Below, in pieces: positions 18,136-29,000 of a stretch of DNA of 61,196 nucleotides. A program made the position numbers and the translations under genes. The stretch's first letter is position 1. Each line of letters begins with the position of its first letter. Below the pieces are notes generated by a model that saw nothing but the letters and a program-made list of their open reading frames with translations, ran no database searches and had not been told where the DNA came from. Source of the DNA: a virus (Duplodnaviria > Caudoviricetes); IMG/VR virus record IMGVR_UViG_3300008952_000048, positions 1 through 61,196 of that record. One strand, given 5' to 3'.

Positions 18136-19973
18136 TGGCAATTAAAAGATACACAGCAGACGCAGACAACACTATTACAAACGCCTTCGAGTCTAACTTA
18201 GAGACTCGCGGAACAGACGCCAACATGGGACTCTCAGATATTATCGAGACATTTGTTATTTATGGTCAAGCATCAAGCTCTTCGCTAGAAGAGTCTAGAA
18301 TTTTAGTTAAATTTCCAGTTGACGAAATACAGGAAGATAGAGATGCCTTAAATGTTCCAGCGTCTGGAAACGTAGACTTCTACCTCCGTGTGCACAATGC
18401 ACCGCATGGCCAGACATTGCCAAAAGATTATAGCTTAAAAATCTTACCAGTCTCCGGAGCTTGGGAAGAGGGTTACGGACTTGATATGGAATCCTACTCT
18501 GACAAGGGTGAGTCCAATTGGGAACAAGCCACAACCAGTCGAGATTGGGTTTGGGATGGTGGAGATTTTCATACCACCCCAGAATTTACTCAAGCTATGC
18601 CACTTGGCACAGAAGATATAGAAATTAATATAACTGACTTGGTGGAGGATTGGCTCTCTGATGACGGAATCGCCAATGACGGATTGGGGATAAACATCTC
18701 TTCCAGCGTTATCGATCCGTTTTCGGTTAATGCCAGCTTCAGTAACGTGAGTTTGGGCAACCAGGACGCGGTGTTGACTGTGCCAAAACAATGGACAGGC
18801 ATGACTGCCGCCGAAACAGCATCTTTTGATAATAGCACTTCAACATGTTATGACTTTGTTTCTGGCACCGGTGCGCCATCTCCAGCCCCAGATCCGTATG
18901 CTGCATGGCTAACTGTCGACATCGGTGCCCAAAACGCTTCCTATGTTGATACCGAGCGAACGAGCTCGATACTTCTTTTCCCTACCGACTCTGGAGAGTC
19001 TCTCTGGGGCGACGTTAATTCTGATTGCACTTATTTGACAGGGAGCACTGTTGTCTTTCTTTTTTCTAGTGGCTCGGTTTTCCCCCACCACAGAAACGTG
19101 ATGGACTTGACATTGCAGCTGCCCTCAAACATAGCTCGCTTCGATCGCTCTTATTATATTAAGAAATTCTTTGCACGAGGTTCAGAGCATTTTTATTTGC
19201 GCCCCAAAATCGAAGCAAGATGGGACTCTTCAAAGAAGGATAGGAGAAATTCTTTTTATGCTTCTAGTTCTCTGGTCCCGGCTGCAGACAATCTAAACAC
19301 ACTATACATTTATAATAGGGTTCGAGGACAACTCCAAAACATTCCAGCCATCGGCACCGGCAGTATTCTTGTTAGCCTATATTCCGGCACAACAGAGCCA
19401 TCGGGTTCCAAAGTATCTTTGTGCGGAGGCGCCACCAACGCGACAGGATCGTGGGTAACTACTGGCATATACTCTGCACAGTTGTGCACAACCTCCAGCG
19501 GCCCCTACCTGTATGATGTCTGGCATTCAGCATCGGTTGAGTATGTTACGGGAAGCAGAATATCTGTTAGAAGTTTTGCTACCGACACCTCTGTTGATAC
19601 GGGCGAATACGTTTCAAATATAACTAATTTAAAAGAGAGTTATGCTCAAACTGAAAGCCCAAGATTGAGAATGTTTGTGAGGGATAAAGATTGGAGCCCA
19701 ACAATTTACACAGTTGCAACAACCAACATTGAGACGAAAGTAATTGAAGATGCTTATTTCAAAGTTTATAGGGTTGCAGATGGCTTTGACGTAATATCCT
19801 ACGGAACGGGCAGTTCAAATTGTACGAGGATGTCTTATGATAAAGATGGAAACTATTTTGATATTGACATGTCCATGTTTGAGTCAGACTATTCATATGG
19901 AATTAAGGTTGCCTATAAAGTAAATGATAGATATGAGGAACAGCCAGAACTTTTTAAATTTAGGGTTGAATAA
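18135..19973 (+). CDS. virion structural protein with DNRLRE/CBM96-like domain
   Basis: ADADNTI, SRILVKF, PVSGAWEEG, W..DGGDF, INITDLVEDWL..NDG, RPKIEARW; coupled (TAATG) to gp6. Confidence 0.7.
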   Translation: MAIKRYTADADNTITNAFESNLETRGTDANMGLSDIIETFVIYGQASSSSLEESRILVKFPVDEIQEDRDALNVPASGNVDFYLRVHNAPHGQTLPKDYSLKILPVSGAWEEGYGLDMESYSDKGESNWEQATTSRDWVWDGGDFHTTPEFTQAMPLGTEDIEINITDLVEDWLSDDGIANDGLGINISSSVIDPFSVNASFSNVSLGNQDAVLTVPKQWTGMTAAETASFDNSTSTCYDFVSGTGAPSPAPDPYAAWLTVDIGAQNASYVDTERTSSILLFPTDSGESLWGDVNSDCTYLTGSTVVFLFSSGSVFPHHRNVMDLTLQLPSNIARFDRSYYIKKFFARGSEHFYLRPKIEARWDSSKKDRRNSFYASSSLVPAADNLNTLYIYNRVRGQLQNIPAIGTGSILVSLYSGTTEPSGSKVSLCGGATNATGSWVTTGIYSAQLCTTSSGPYLYDVWHSASVEYVTGSRISVRSFATDTSVDTGEYVSNITNLKESYAQTESPRLRMFVRDKDWSPTIYTVATTNIETKVIEDAYFKVYRVADGFDVISYGTGSSNCTRMSYDKDGNYFDIDMSMFESDYSYGIKVAYKVNDRYEEQPELFKFRVE

Positions 19974-22900
19974 TGAGTGACGCCAACAGGAGAGCAACGG
20001 CCGCAAAGACCGAAGCGGATTTGCAAGAAGATAACTTGGAGTCCTCCAAGTTAATAACCTCCGAGACAAAACTAGAAAACATAATCGACCCAAGGCTCGA
20101 CTACTCAGATCCATCAACATTTGTAACTTATGGCCTTGCAGAAAAATACTATGTAGCTGCAGTTGAGAATATAACCAACATTTATCCTTACGATGGATCA
20201 AAGCTCGAGAAGACTGAGTGGCACATTTCTGGCTCTGGTCTTGATAATTATGTTTTTGATAACACATACCCTCGAACAAACGGAAGTATTACTTTATCTT
20301 ATGGCGGCTGGGGAGATACAGCCGCATCGTTGGACGAATATGAACTTCCTGTCGATAAAGAATATATCACCGTTTACGGTGGCCCAAATGCCGACAGCAT
20401 GGCAACCAACCTATCTTCACTCTTTCCGTCTGCTGGCGGCAAAGCAAATGTTATCAACGCCCTCGAAAACCAAGAGGCAAACCTTACAATTGGTGGTGGC
20501 AATACTGTTGAATTTTGGATGAAGAAACCTACTTTTGAAAAAGCTCATGAAGTGGTTCTCGATGTTATGCCAAATCAGCTTGTATCCGATGATAGGTTTT
20601 GTATATACTTATCGTCATCTGGCCACATCGGCCTGAAATACAAAGCATCATCTTCCGAAGTGTCTGGCGAATTTCCGGTCACTGGCTTGGACGATGACAA
20701 TTGGCACCATTATGCGATCTCTATTACGCCCTCTGGTGCAGCCACTCTTTATATCGACGGCGCAGCCTCGGATGATGAAGTCACCGGCGACGCCACCACG
20801 AAAGTTGAAACACCACTTGTTGCGACACTAGGATCTTACGCTGGCCCCAAGGCCGCCGATGGCACCACATTACCAACTGATACTCCAGGTTGGTGTAAGC
20901 TGGACGCCTCCCTTGATGAATTTCGATTTTGGAAAACAGATCGTTCCGGGATTGAAATAGGAATTAACTGGAATACGCAGGTTTATGGTGGCACAAATAC
21001 AGACACAGCAAATACTGACTTGGGCGTTTACTTTAAATTTAATGAAGGCATCCTTGGAACATCTCAAGATGCCACGGTCTTAGATTTCTCAGGCAGGATT
21101 TCGAATGGAGCCTGGACTGGATATTCTCCAGGCGCAAGAAGCTTGACTTCTGCAATGGTAGAGTCTGGCGCTTCTGTTTCGGAGTTTAAAGATCCCATCA
21201 TTTACTCTACTCATCCCGATGTGAAAGCCCTCAAAGAACGCCTCCGCGTCGATGGTCTCTTATATGATCAGCAAAACAACGCATCATTATATAATTCTGT
21301 ACCATCTTGGATTAGAGAGGAAGACACCGGCACCCAGAATACTATGAAGTTAATGCAGATTATGTCATCCTATCTCGACACGCTTCAAAATCAACTCACA
21401 GAAATTAACCAGATTAAAAATATATCTTATCCTAGCGGCTCCCAAAAGCCGTATAACATTATAAACAGGAATCTTAGAAACCTTGGGTTTGAAACAGAAG
21501 ATTTCTTTATTGATGCTACTTTGCTAGAGAGGTTCATGGATCGAAACAATCAAGGAGATCTCGAACTTAAAATTACAGATACGAAGAATTTAATCTATCA
21601 GAACATTTACAATAACTTAACTTACATTATGTCTTCCAAGGGAACTGAAAAGTCTTTTAGGAACTTGGTTAGATGCTTCGGGGTCGATGAGAGACTTGTG
21701 AAGCTAAATGTCTATAGTAACGGAGAAATATACACACTCGAAGACAGGTATGCAACTTCGGTATTTAAAAAGAGGATGATCTCTTTCGATGATACTACGA
21801 GGTTTGAGGCAACCATTTTTCAAACTTCAAGTGCCACAACTCCAAGCTTAGGGTACATATCTTCATCTGGTGATTTTGCAAATCTCAATGGAGTAACCTT
21901 GGAAGCAGACATCCTATTTCCAAGTCAGGCCCCGATATCCTCTCCGGATTATTATAACATTCCCTTTAAGAAAGCTTCGCTGTTCGGCATGAAAGAAACA
22001 GACGGCACCACTTATGATTGGCTCCCGACAGACAATGCAGACCTGCAGGTTTATGCTGTGCGGGAACAAAAGAATGGTGAAAGCGCGTATTTTCAACTGA
22101 CCTCCTCACAGCTCGGCATCGATCTTAAAACAGATGTATATGGAGGCGTTTATGATAACGAACGGTGGATCTTCGCTGCAAAGGTTAAAAACCCCGCCAT
22201 CGACACCGACGAAGATTATGTAATAGAATTTCAGGGCTCAAACGCCAACAATGGAATCATTCAAAATTCTTTTACTCTTACTGCCAGCCTTGACAACACA
22301 GAGGCTCTGGCCCTTCTTGGTGCAGACAAGAGATTGTTTGCTGGAGCGTATAAGACAAACTTCTCAGGATCAACTGTCGAGAAGACAAATGTTTTATTTT
22401 CAGCCTTAAGATACTGGGGAAAATACCTCAATGAAGATGAAATCACAAGCCACGCAAAGGATGCCAGAAACTTTGGCCTAAAAGACCCGAATAGACCTGT
22501 ATTTAACGCAGAAAATGATATGCCCGCCATTGACACGCTAAAATTGCATTGGGATTTTGAGCTGGTTAACTCGTCTTCTACGGGGGGAGAATTTGATGTT
22601 TTAGATTTCTCTGGTGGCAACGGCTTATATGGAGATTTTGGAAATATTCACAACGGCAAAGGGTATGGCTTTCCGGCTAGTTCTACTGAGGTTGTGGATG
22701 TTGAATATGTCAATACTTTGACGAGAGTGAACCCCGACGTGGCCAACGGATCAGACATGGTTGATGTCTTAACTCCAGCAGAGCAAATAAAAGAAGAGTT
22801 TTCCCAACCAACAAATCTTGTGTTCGCCATCGAAAAAAGCTTATACCAGACACTATCAGATGAAATGATTAGGTCTTTTTCCACTATAAAGGACTTTGCC

Positions 22901-23545
22901 TCTCTCTACAATAGTGCTGCAGACAAATATAGAAACAAACACGCAGAGATGGAAATAATGAGAAGAAATTTCTTTTCTAAGATGGAAAACTCTCCCGATG
23001 TTAACAAATTTTATGAATATTTTAAATGGATTGATGACGCTGTGGTCCGCATGCTCCGGCAAGTCTTGCCAGCTGGTGCTGAAGTTACGGAGGGATCAAT
23101 CAATATAATTGAAGGCCATATTTTAGAAAGAAACAAGTTTGTTCATAAGACACCGACATATGCGGTGGATAAAGAAATAAACACGATTGCCGTTGTTGTT
23201 AACGTTGCAACAAATGGCGGCGGGAGTGGTATCGGCGCAGCTGCGGACTATAGCGACCCCTTTTGGGATGGAAGACCTTTTTATGAATTGCCGTACTCTA
23301 TGGAATCTGGAGATGTGCACGTTGATGCTGACAGATTGAGAATATTAAATAACCTACACAGCGGCCGCCGTAAGATTTCTCAGGTAGAGTCAACAATACC
23401 AGATGGTGTGTGGCTGGAAGAAAAATCTACAGCCTCTCATATCCCCGCAAACGAAGAATCCGAGATGTCCTCAACCGGCCTTGTTGAGCAGGTTATACGG
23501 AATGGGAAAACTAAAATCTTTGGTAAGATTGTCAAACTTGGATAA
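19973..23545 (+). CDS. baseplate/tail protein with LamG (concanavalin-like) domains and tail-protein-I/gp7-like segment
   Basis: TVEFWMK, DDNWHHYAI, LYIDG, LDEFRFW (LamG); SKGTEKSFRNLVRCFG resembles the KGT motif of baseplate wedge proteins. Confidence 0.75.
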   Translation: MSDANRRATAAKTEADLQEDNLESSKLITSETKLENIIDPRLDYSDPSTFVTYGLAEKYYVAAVENITNIYPYDGSKLEKTEWHISGSGLDNYVFDNTYPRTNGSITLSYGGWGDTAASLDEYELPVDKEYITVYGGPNADSMATNLSSLFPSAGGKANVINALENQEANLTIGGGNTVEFWMKKPTFEKAHEVVLDVMPNQLVSDDRFCIYLSSSGHIGLKYKASSSEVSGEFPVTGLDDDNWHHYAISITPSGAATLYIDGAASDDEVTGDATTKVETPLVATLGSYAGPKAADGTTLPTDTPGWCKLDASLDEFRFWKTDRSGIEIGINWNTQVYGGTNTDTANTDLGVYFKFNEGILGTSQDATVLDFSGRISNGAWTGYSPGARSLTSAMVESGASVSEFKDPIIYSTHPDVKALKERLRVDGLLYDQQNNASLYNSVPSWIREEDTGTQNTMKLMQIMSSYLDTLQNQLTEINQIKNISYPSGSQKPYNIINRNLRNLGFETEDFFIDATLLERFMDRNNQGDLELKITDTKNLIYQNIYNNLTYIMSSKGTEKSFRNLVRCFGVDERLVKLNVYSNGEIYTLEDRYATSVFKKRMISFDDTTRFEATIFQTSSATTPSLGYISSSGDFANLNGVTLEADILFPSQAPISSPDYYNIPFKKASLFGMKETDGTTYDWLPTDNADLQVYAVREQKNGESAYFQLTSSQLGIDLKTDVYGGVYDNERWIFAAKVKNPAIDTDEDYVIEFQGSNANNGIIQNSFTLTASLDNTEALALLGADKRLFAGAYKTNFSGSTVEKTNVLFSALRYWGKYLNEDEITSHAKDARNFGLKDPNRPVFNAENDMPAIDTLKLHWDFELVNSSSTGGEFDVLDFSGGNGLYGDFGNIHNGKGYGFPASSTEVVDVEYVNTLTRVNPDVANGSDMVDVLTPAEQIKEEFSQPTNLVFAIEKSLYQTLSDEMIRSFSTIKDFASLYNSAADKYRNKHAEMEIMRRNFFSKMENSPDVNKFYEYFKWIDDAVVRMLRQVLPAGAEVTEGSINIIEGHILERNKFVHKTPTYAVDKEINTIAVVVNVATNGGGSGIGAAADYSDPFWDGRPFYELPYSMESGDVHVDADRLRILNNLHSGRRKISQVESTIPDGVWLEEKSTASHIPANEESEMSSTGLVEQVIRNGKTKIFGKIVKLG

Positions 23546-23560
23546 AACGTTGAAAAGAAC

Positions 23561-23567
23561 CTATTTA
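23561..23567 (+). promoter_or_regulatory. putative late promoter CTATTTA
   Basis: Intergenic, upstream of the tail fibre gene. Confidence 0.55.
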
Positions 23568-23598
23568 GAATAGTAAAAAGGATTCCGGAGGAAATAAG

Positions 23599-26004
23599 AT
23601 GTCAACAAAAAATATCGTGCCAAGAACAGGAAGTGATGGCGGAAAAATTGGAACTGATTCAAAGCATTGGAGTGAGGGCCATTTTGATAGTATCACTGGT
23701 TCGCTTCTTGGCGACGTTGTTGGTAACATAACCGGTGATATCTCCGGGGATGCAGACACTGTTGACAGCAAGCATGCAACAGACTTTACTTTAGATTATG
23801 TTACAGACAACGATAATACCACAACAAATGAGATTACGGCATCCGCAATAGCTCTCAATATCATTGGTGATGCAGCCGGCGATCAAAGAATTTATCTAAA
23901 TGTAACTCCGGACGTCAACGCAACTGTGATAAAAACCCCCGTCGGGACTAACAGATTAAAAATCTCCGATGGCGGCAGTACCTTTTTATATGACAACGGC
24001 GGAAACACAAGAATTAACATTGGCAACAGCGCCGATCTTATCCTAAACTCTGAAGGTGGGGATAATGTACAAATAACTGGTTCACTTTTTGTCTCCGGGT
24101 CTTCCCGCTTCGGAAACGAATTAACTGATACGCACCAATTTACAGGCTCTTTTTTACAAACTGGTTCTGGCGGAACAAGCGTTTTCAATGATCGCGTTGA
24201 GGTGGTAGGTACTTTATCTGCCTCATACTTCGAAGGAATCAACCTCACAGCCTCCGGTCACGTCTCTGCCTCCGCCTTTTATGGCGATTTCTTTGGCGAC
24301 GGCTCTGGCATCACTGGCGTAACAGGCGATTGGGACGGGCAACATGATGGCGACGCGGGAATTACGGGTTCTCTAGAGCTTTCCGGCTCAAACGCAAAAC
24401 TTATGATTGACGCAACTTCTTCTGGTGTAAGTTTAGCAATTGGCGGTGACTTAGGCTTAACAGACGCAAGCAACATAAAAAGAATCTCTGTTGTCTCTAC
24501 TGATGCCGCTTTCGCTGGTTTCGGGAACGATAATGATAACAGAGGTTATATTGGATGGGATTCTGGCACTTTAGGCGGCCTACCGTATTTGGAGATAGGA
24601 ACGGTACAGGATGGCGTATCATACCCAGACACGATAATTGTCGACGAAGGTCAGGTAGAGGTATCTGGCTCCCTCACAGTCGCCAACTCCGTTTACGCCT
24701 ACGGAACCATCACTTCCCCTTCAAAGGGATTCCACGCGGGATCTTCATATGGACCTCTTGCCAATGAATACTTGTTCATGGGCCCCAAAAACTCATTGGG
24801 CCCGACAATAGACTTTGGCCAACACAACAACGGACTCCCAGCCGCCCGAATCTTTTCTGAATCCGGCTCCTCTAACACCGGCCATTTATATATATCGGCC
24901 AGCAATCACATGTATTTCAAGCTGCCCGGTAACGACCAAATCATAATCTACAACGAAGGTTCTGATTTCGTCCCACCATCAAACGGCGGAACTCTACTTG
25001 TTCATGGTGAAGATAACGTTTCGGAATATATAGCAATGGGTGTTATGAGCCAATCTTCTGGGTTGGGACTACCCACTATCACTGGCGGAGGCATTGGAAC
25101 AACGCCTGCCTCACTAGCTTTCAGAACAGCCGACGCAGGAGTCGAAGCAGTTCGAATGCTGATCGACACAACGGGCTCTGTTGGCATTGGAACAGCAACC
25201 CCCGACCACACCCTTACAGTTGTTGGCGATATCTCTGCCTCCCTCAGTATCTCTGCCTCCGCCTTCTATGGCGACGGGCAATATCTTACTAATCTTCCTG
25301 GCGGATCGCCGGGAGGACAAGAGACTTATATTCAATATAACTCTGGCAGCGCGTTTACTGGCTCTAGCAAACTTTATTTTAACGACACAAACAATAATGT
25401 GTGCTCTGGTGCAATGCTTAATACTCGATATGCGAATATTACTATTACTAATGGCTATTGCCCCGAATCAGCTGGACTTTATTCCATGGACCCAGCAATA
25501 AACTTCCGTGTCCTTGGTCCCGCCGGCACCCCAGTTGGGGACGATTCTTGGATCATAGGCGGCAATGGCCAGTTCACGTTTAATGGCACAGGATCTTTCA
25601 CCGACGAGCTTCGTGTCACAGGTCTTCTGGAGTGTTACAATAATATCAGCCTCGGCGGCGGCCAACTCTGGGATAGCGGCCACGACCTTACCACAAAAAC
25701 AGCTAACTTTGACATTGACTGGGATGACGGCATGACACAGGAAGTGATTCTGTCAGGCACGACGGCGACCACCTTAACTGCATCTTTTAGTAATATCAGA
25801 CCTTACGCAACATATCAATTCATAAACAAAATCGGGAAAGACAATATGGAATTAGAATTTAATCAGAGTATCTTCTGGCCCGGAGGAGTAAGACCAACCC
25901 TTAGTAATGTTTCCGGTTCCCGCGATGTTATTACATTTACCACGGACGGCGACTCCAACATGTATGGAGTGGCCCAATTTAATTTTAGCGCATCGGTGGG
26001 TTAA
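23599..26004 (+). CDS. tail fibre / receptor-binding protein
   Basis: N-terminal IVPR..G.IGTDSKHW, repeated ITGSL/ISAS/FYGDG units, RMLIDTTGSVGIGTATP, GGSPGGQETYIQYN, C-terminal FWPGGVRPTLS..RDVITF; GGAGG SD at 23587. Confidence 0.8.
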   Translation: MSTKNIVPRTGSDGGKIGTDSKHWSEGHFDSITGSLLGDVVGNITGDISGDADTVDSKHATDFTLDYVTDNDNTTTNEITASAIALNIIGDAAGDQRIYLNVTPDVNATVIKTPVGTNRLKISDGGSTFLYDNGGNTRINIGNSADLILNSEGGDNVQITGSLFVSGSSRFGNELTDTHQFTGSFLQTGSGGTSVFNDRVEVVGTLSASYFEGINLTASGHVSASAFYGDFFGDGSGITGVTGDWDGQHDGDAGITGSLELSGSNAKLMIDATSSGVSLAIGGDLGLTDASNIKRISVVSTDAAFAGFGNDNDNRGYIGWDSGTLGGLPYLEIGTVQDGVSYPDTIIVDEGQVEVSGSLTVANSVYAYGTITSPSKGFHAGSSYGPLANEYLFMGPKNSLGPTIDFGQHNNGLPAARIFSESGSSNTGHLYISASNHMYFKLPGNDQIIIYNEGSDFVPPSNGGTLLVHGEDNVSEYIAMGVMSQSSGLGLPTITGGGIGTTPASLAFRTADAGVEAVRMLIDTTGSVGIGTATPDHTLTVVGDISASLSISASAFYGDGQYLTNLPGGSPGGQETYIQYNSGSAFTGSSKLYFNDTNNNVCSGAMLNTRYANITITNGYCPESAGLYSMDPAINFRVLGPAGTPVGDDSWIIGGNGQFTFNGTGSFTDELRVTGLLECYNNISLGGGQLWDSGHDLTTKTANFDIDWDDGMTQEVILSGTTATTLTASFSNIRPYATYQFINKIGKDNMELEFNQSIFWPGGVRPTLSNVSGSRDVITFTTDGDSNMYGVAQFNFSASVG
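24263..25274 (+). repeat. 25-nt direct repeat pair in the tail fibre gene
   Basis: TCTCTGCCTCCGCCTTTTATGGCGA (24263-24287) and TCTCTGCCTCCGCCTTCTATGGCGA (25250-25274), one mismatch. Confidence 0.8.
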
Positions 26005-26007
26005 ATA

Positions 26008-29000
26008 ATGTCAAATTACGGGCAGCAAAAATATCTCAGCTCTTCGGTGATTGTCTCAGGCTTAGATAAACCAAAGGGCATCCACGTACCCAAAAAGGGT
26101 GAAACGTATGATGGAGAGATCTATTGGTCAGAGCTTGGCTCTACCGAAGAAGATATTTTACCCAGCGACCGCGAGTCAAAAAAGAATACTGAAACCTTTT
26201 TTCATACGCCGGGCTCCCTAACGGAAAGCTGCTCTAAAAGCACCCTTGGGGTAATAAAAAGAGGAAATCTAAATGGCCTCGGCCAAATCTATGATATAGA
26301 AACGATTCAGACAGGAAACATTTACGGTGACGGAGTTTGTGCGCCCTTTCTCGGAAATTCCTTATATATCGACGCCACCACCGGATCTGCGCTCTGCTGG
26401 ACAGATGTTCTAGGGGGCAGATATGATGTAAAAGGAGGTTATTATGGATTTGTGGGTCACTCTCGATTAAATGAGTCCGGCACAGAGGCCACCACTTATC
26501 CCTATTTTTATTGGGGTTCAGACGAACCCGGAATTAACCAAGCCGGCTGTACTTGGATTACTGGCAGTCATCACAGCGCCGGCCAAACGCCGGGAATACT
26601 CTGGGCTTCACAACGAGAAGGTGCCACCGGACTTTGTTATAAATCGTCTTCTTTGAGCCCAAACTCGGCATCAATGCAGATATGGTCCTCCTCTCTCGCA
26701 CAACCCAACGGTCCCGGACAATTCCCCTATTCTGTGGCGTATGATGAATCTGAAAATTATGTTTATTGGACAACTTTGGGTTCATCGGAGGGAGATGGCA
26801 CCGCTGGAAATAACAGAAACTTCTCAGGAAGCGATGGGAAGATTTGGCGTGGCAACTTGGACTTAACAAATTTAACCATGAGCAATGTAGAGGTTTTGGT
26901 GGAGGGTTTTTATCCGACGGCATTAACACCCTCATACCAACCCGCCGGGCACTCTTGCACAAATTATCCAATTGCCTTATCTTTGGATCTAGATAGTCGC
27001 TACATATATTGGTCTGCCGGAAAACTCCAAACGGAAATGGGCGAACAGTGCTTTCCGCTCATAGCGTTTCAAAACTATGAAGGCGGCCCACAGCGAAGCA
27101 TTTATCGCTGCTCGATGGACGGCACACATCAGACTTTTAAAACTGGATTAGGAAACCCCTATGGCGTCGCCGTTGATAGTAAGAACAGAAAGCTGTATTG
27201 GGCAGACCAGTCTGGCGACGAGATTAAGAGAGCCGATCTTGCACCCGGTTCAGCTGCCGATACCATCATATCTAGTGGTGAAGGCTCCGCAGACGGAGTT
27301 TATGATCTCGCCCTCGATGTTGATGCTGACAAGCTATTCTACATAACAAAGGATTCGATTTTAAAAATATTCTCTTCTAGCTTAGATGGTTCCGGAGGTG
27401 GCACACTTATAGACAGTTACAGTTCCTCCACTCCCCGTGGCATTGCCCTCGATACGTCTGCTCAAAAAATCTACTGGACAGACTCAAGCAGACACTGGGT
27501 TCAACGTATGGACTATGACGGCTCGAACAAAGAGACACTGGTTGATGATACGGGAACACACCCAATCGAAAACCCTGGCGGAATTACCCTAGATACGGCT
27601 GCCGGACAGATGTATTTTACAGAGTTTTACAACGGCGCCGAGGCAATTTTAAGGGCCCCAATGGACGGAACATCATCAGCCCCCGTCGAGACTTTAGTGC
27701 ATTCATCTTCGGTGTTTCCCATGAATTTTCCATGTGGAATTGATTTAGATATCCCCAACCGGCTAATGTATTGGGTAGACGGGACGACCGACACCACCGT
27801 ACCTTATGATGGTGTCTGGCGAGCGTCCATGGATGGAACAGCCTCATACAGAGGAGCCCCAGAAATGCTTATAAATCTGTCCCCCGACGGAGGATCGGGG
27901 GTTATAACGAGGTATATTTCTCTCGACCGGCCCGGAAAGAAAATGTATTGGAGCGACTCGGAGACGGACATAATCCAATATGCCGACATGTCTCCGGTTC
28001 AAGAGGTTGTATCGAATTTAAATATGCCAATGGCAACTTCCATTGCAGATGGCCACCTATATTGGACAGATATGGTTGATGGAACAATATCTCGTCGACC
28101 TCTTGTGGGCACCGGATATTATGCGCCTGTAGGAACACAGCCGATGGACAGAGATGTTTGGTATAGTAAGTTCCAACAAGTAAAGAACTTGCCGGAATCT
28201 TCAGAAATTAAAGATTCTTCCATAGACCAGATAAACAAGAAGATATATTGGCTAGCGTCCGGATATACAGAATCTTTTGAACAAGAGCATCCTGGATATT
28301 CAGCTACAAGCAGTGCAGACCCCGCCGATTCGTATGTGGGGAATTTTAGTTCCAGTGGAAACTGGTATAACGGATACCAGGGGGCATCCCCGGATGGAAC
28401 AGATGCAAAACCCTACGCATTTTTGTGGAGGAAGGGAACAACCCCATCTGGAAATACCGGGCCCACAAACGCCTACAGGGGGGATTACTATGCCTATTGC
28501 GAAGCATCCGACAATCCCGCCAACGACGGCCCCCAAGGCCCCGGAACCAACTACAAGATTTTTGAAATGTCTAGGTCATTTGGGACAGCACACACTGTTA
28601 AAGAGATGTCGTTTTGGTATCACATGTTCGGCGCCGCCATGGGCACCTTGGAGGTTTCGAGAAGCACAAATGGTACAGATTGGAACGGACTTACGTTTTA
28701 TGCCGATGGTATATCCACCACCTCATTGTCTGGACAGCAACAAACCGCCAGTGCAGATCCGTGGCGCGAAGCCACCGTCAATCTTTCGGCCATGGCCGGC
28801 TCATCATTTTATGTAAAAATACGATCCATTACGGGTGATAATTACACAGGGGATCTATCAATTGATTATATTCAATTTGACCCATCAATAAAAAGATCAG
28901 ATCTCGACGGCGGAAGCGTCGAAGATATCCTTACGGGCTCTGTAGCCGACGGCGCAGCCCGTATCGCAGTTTCGCCGGAGAATGATAGATTCTATTGGGC

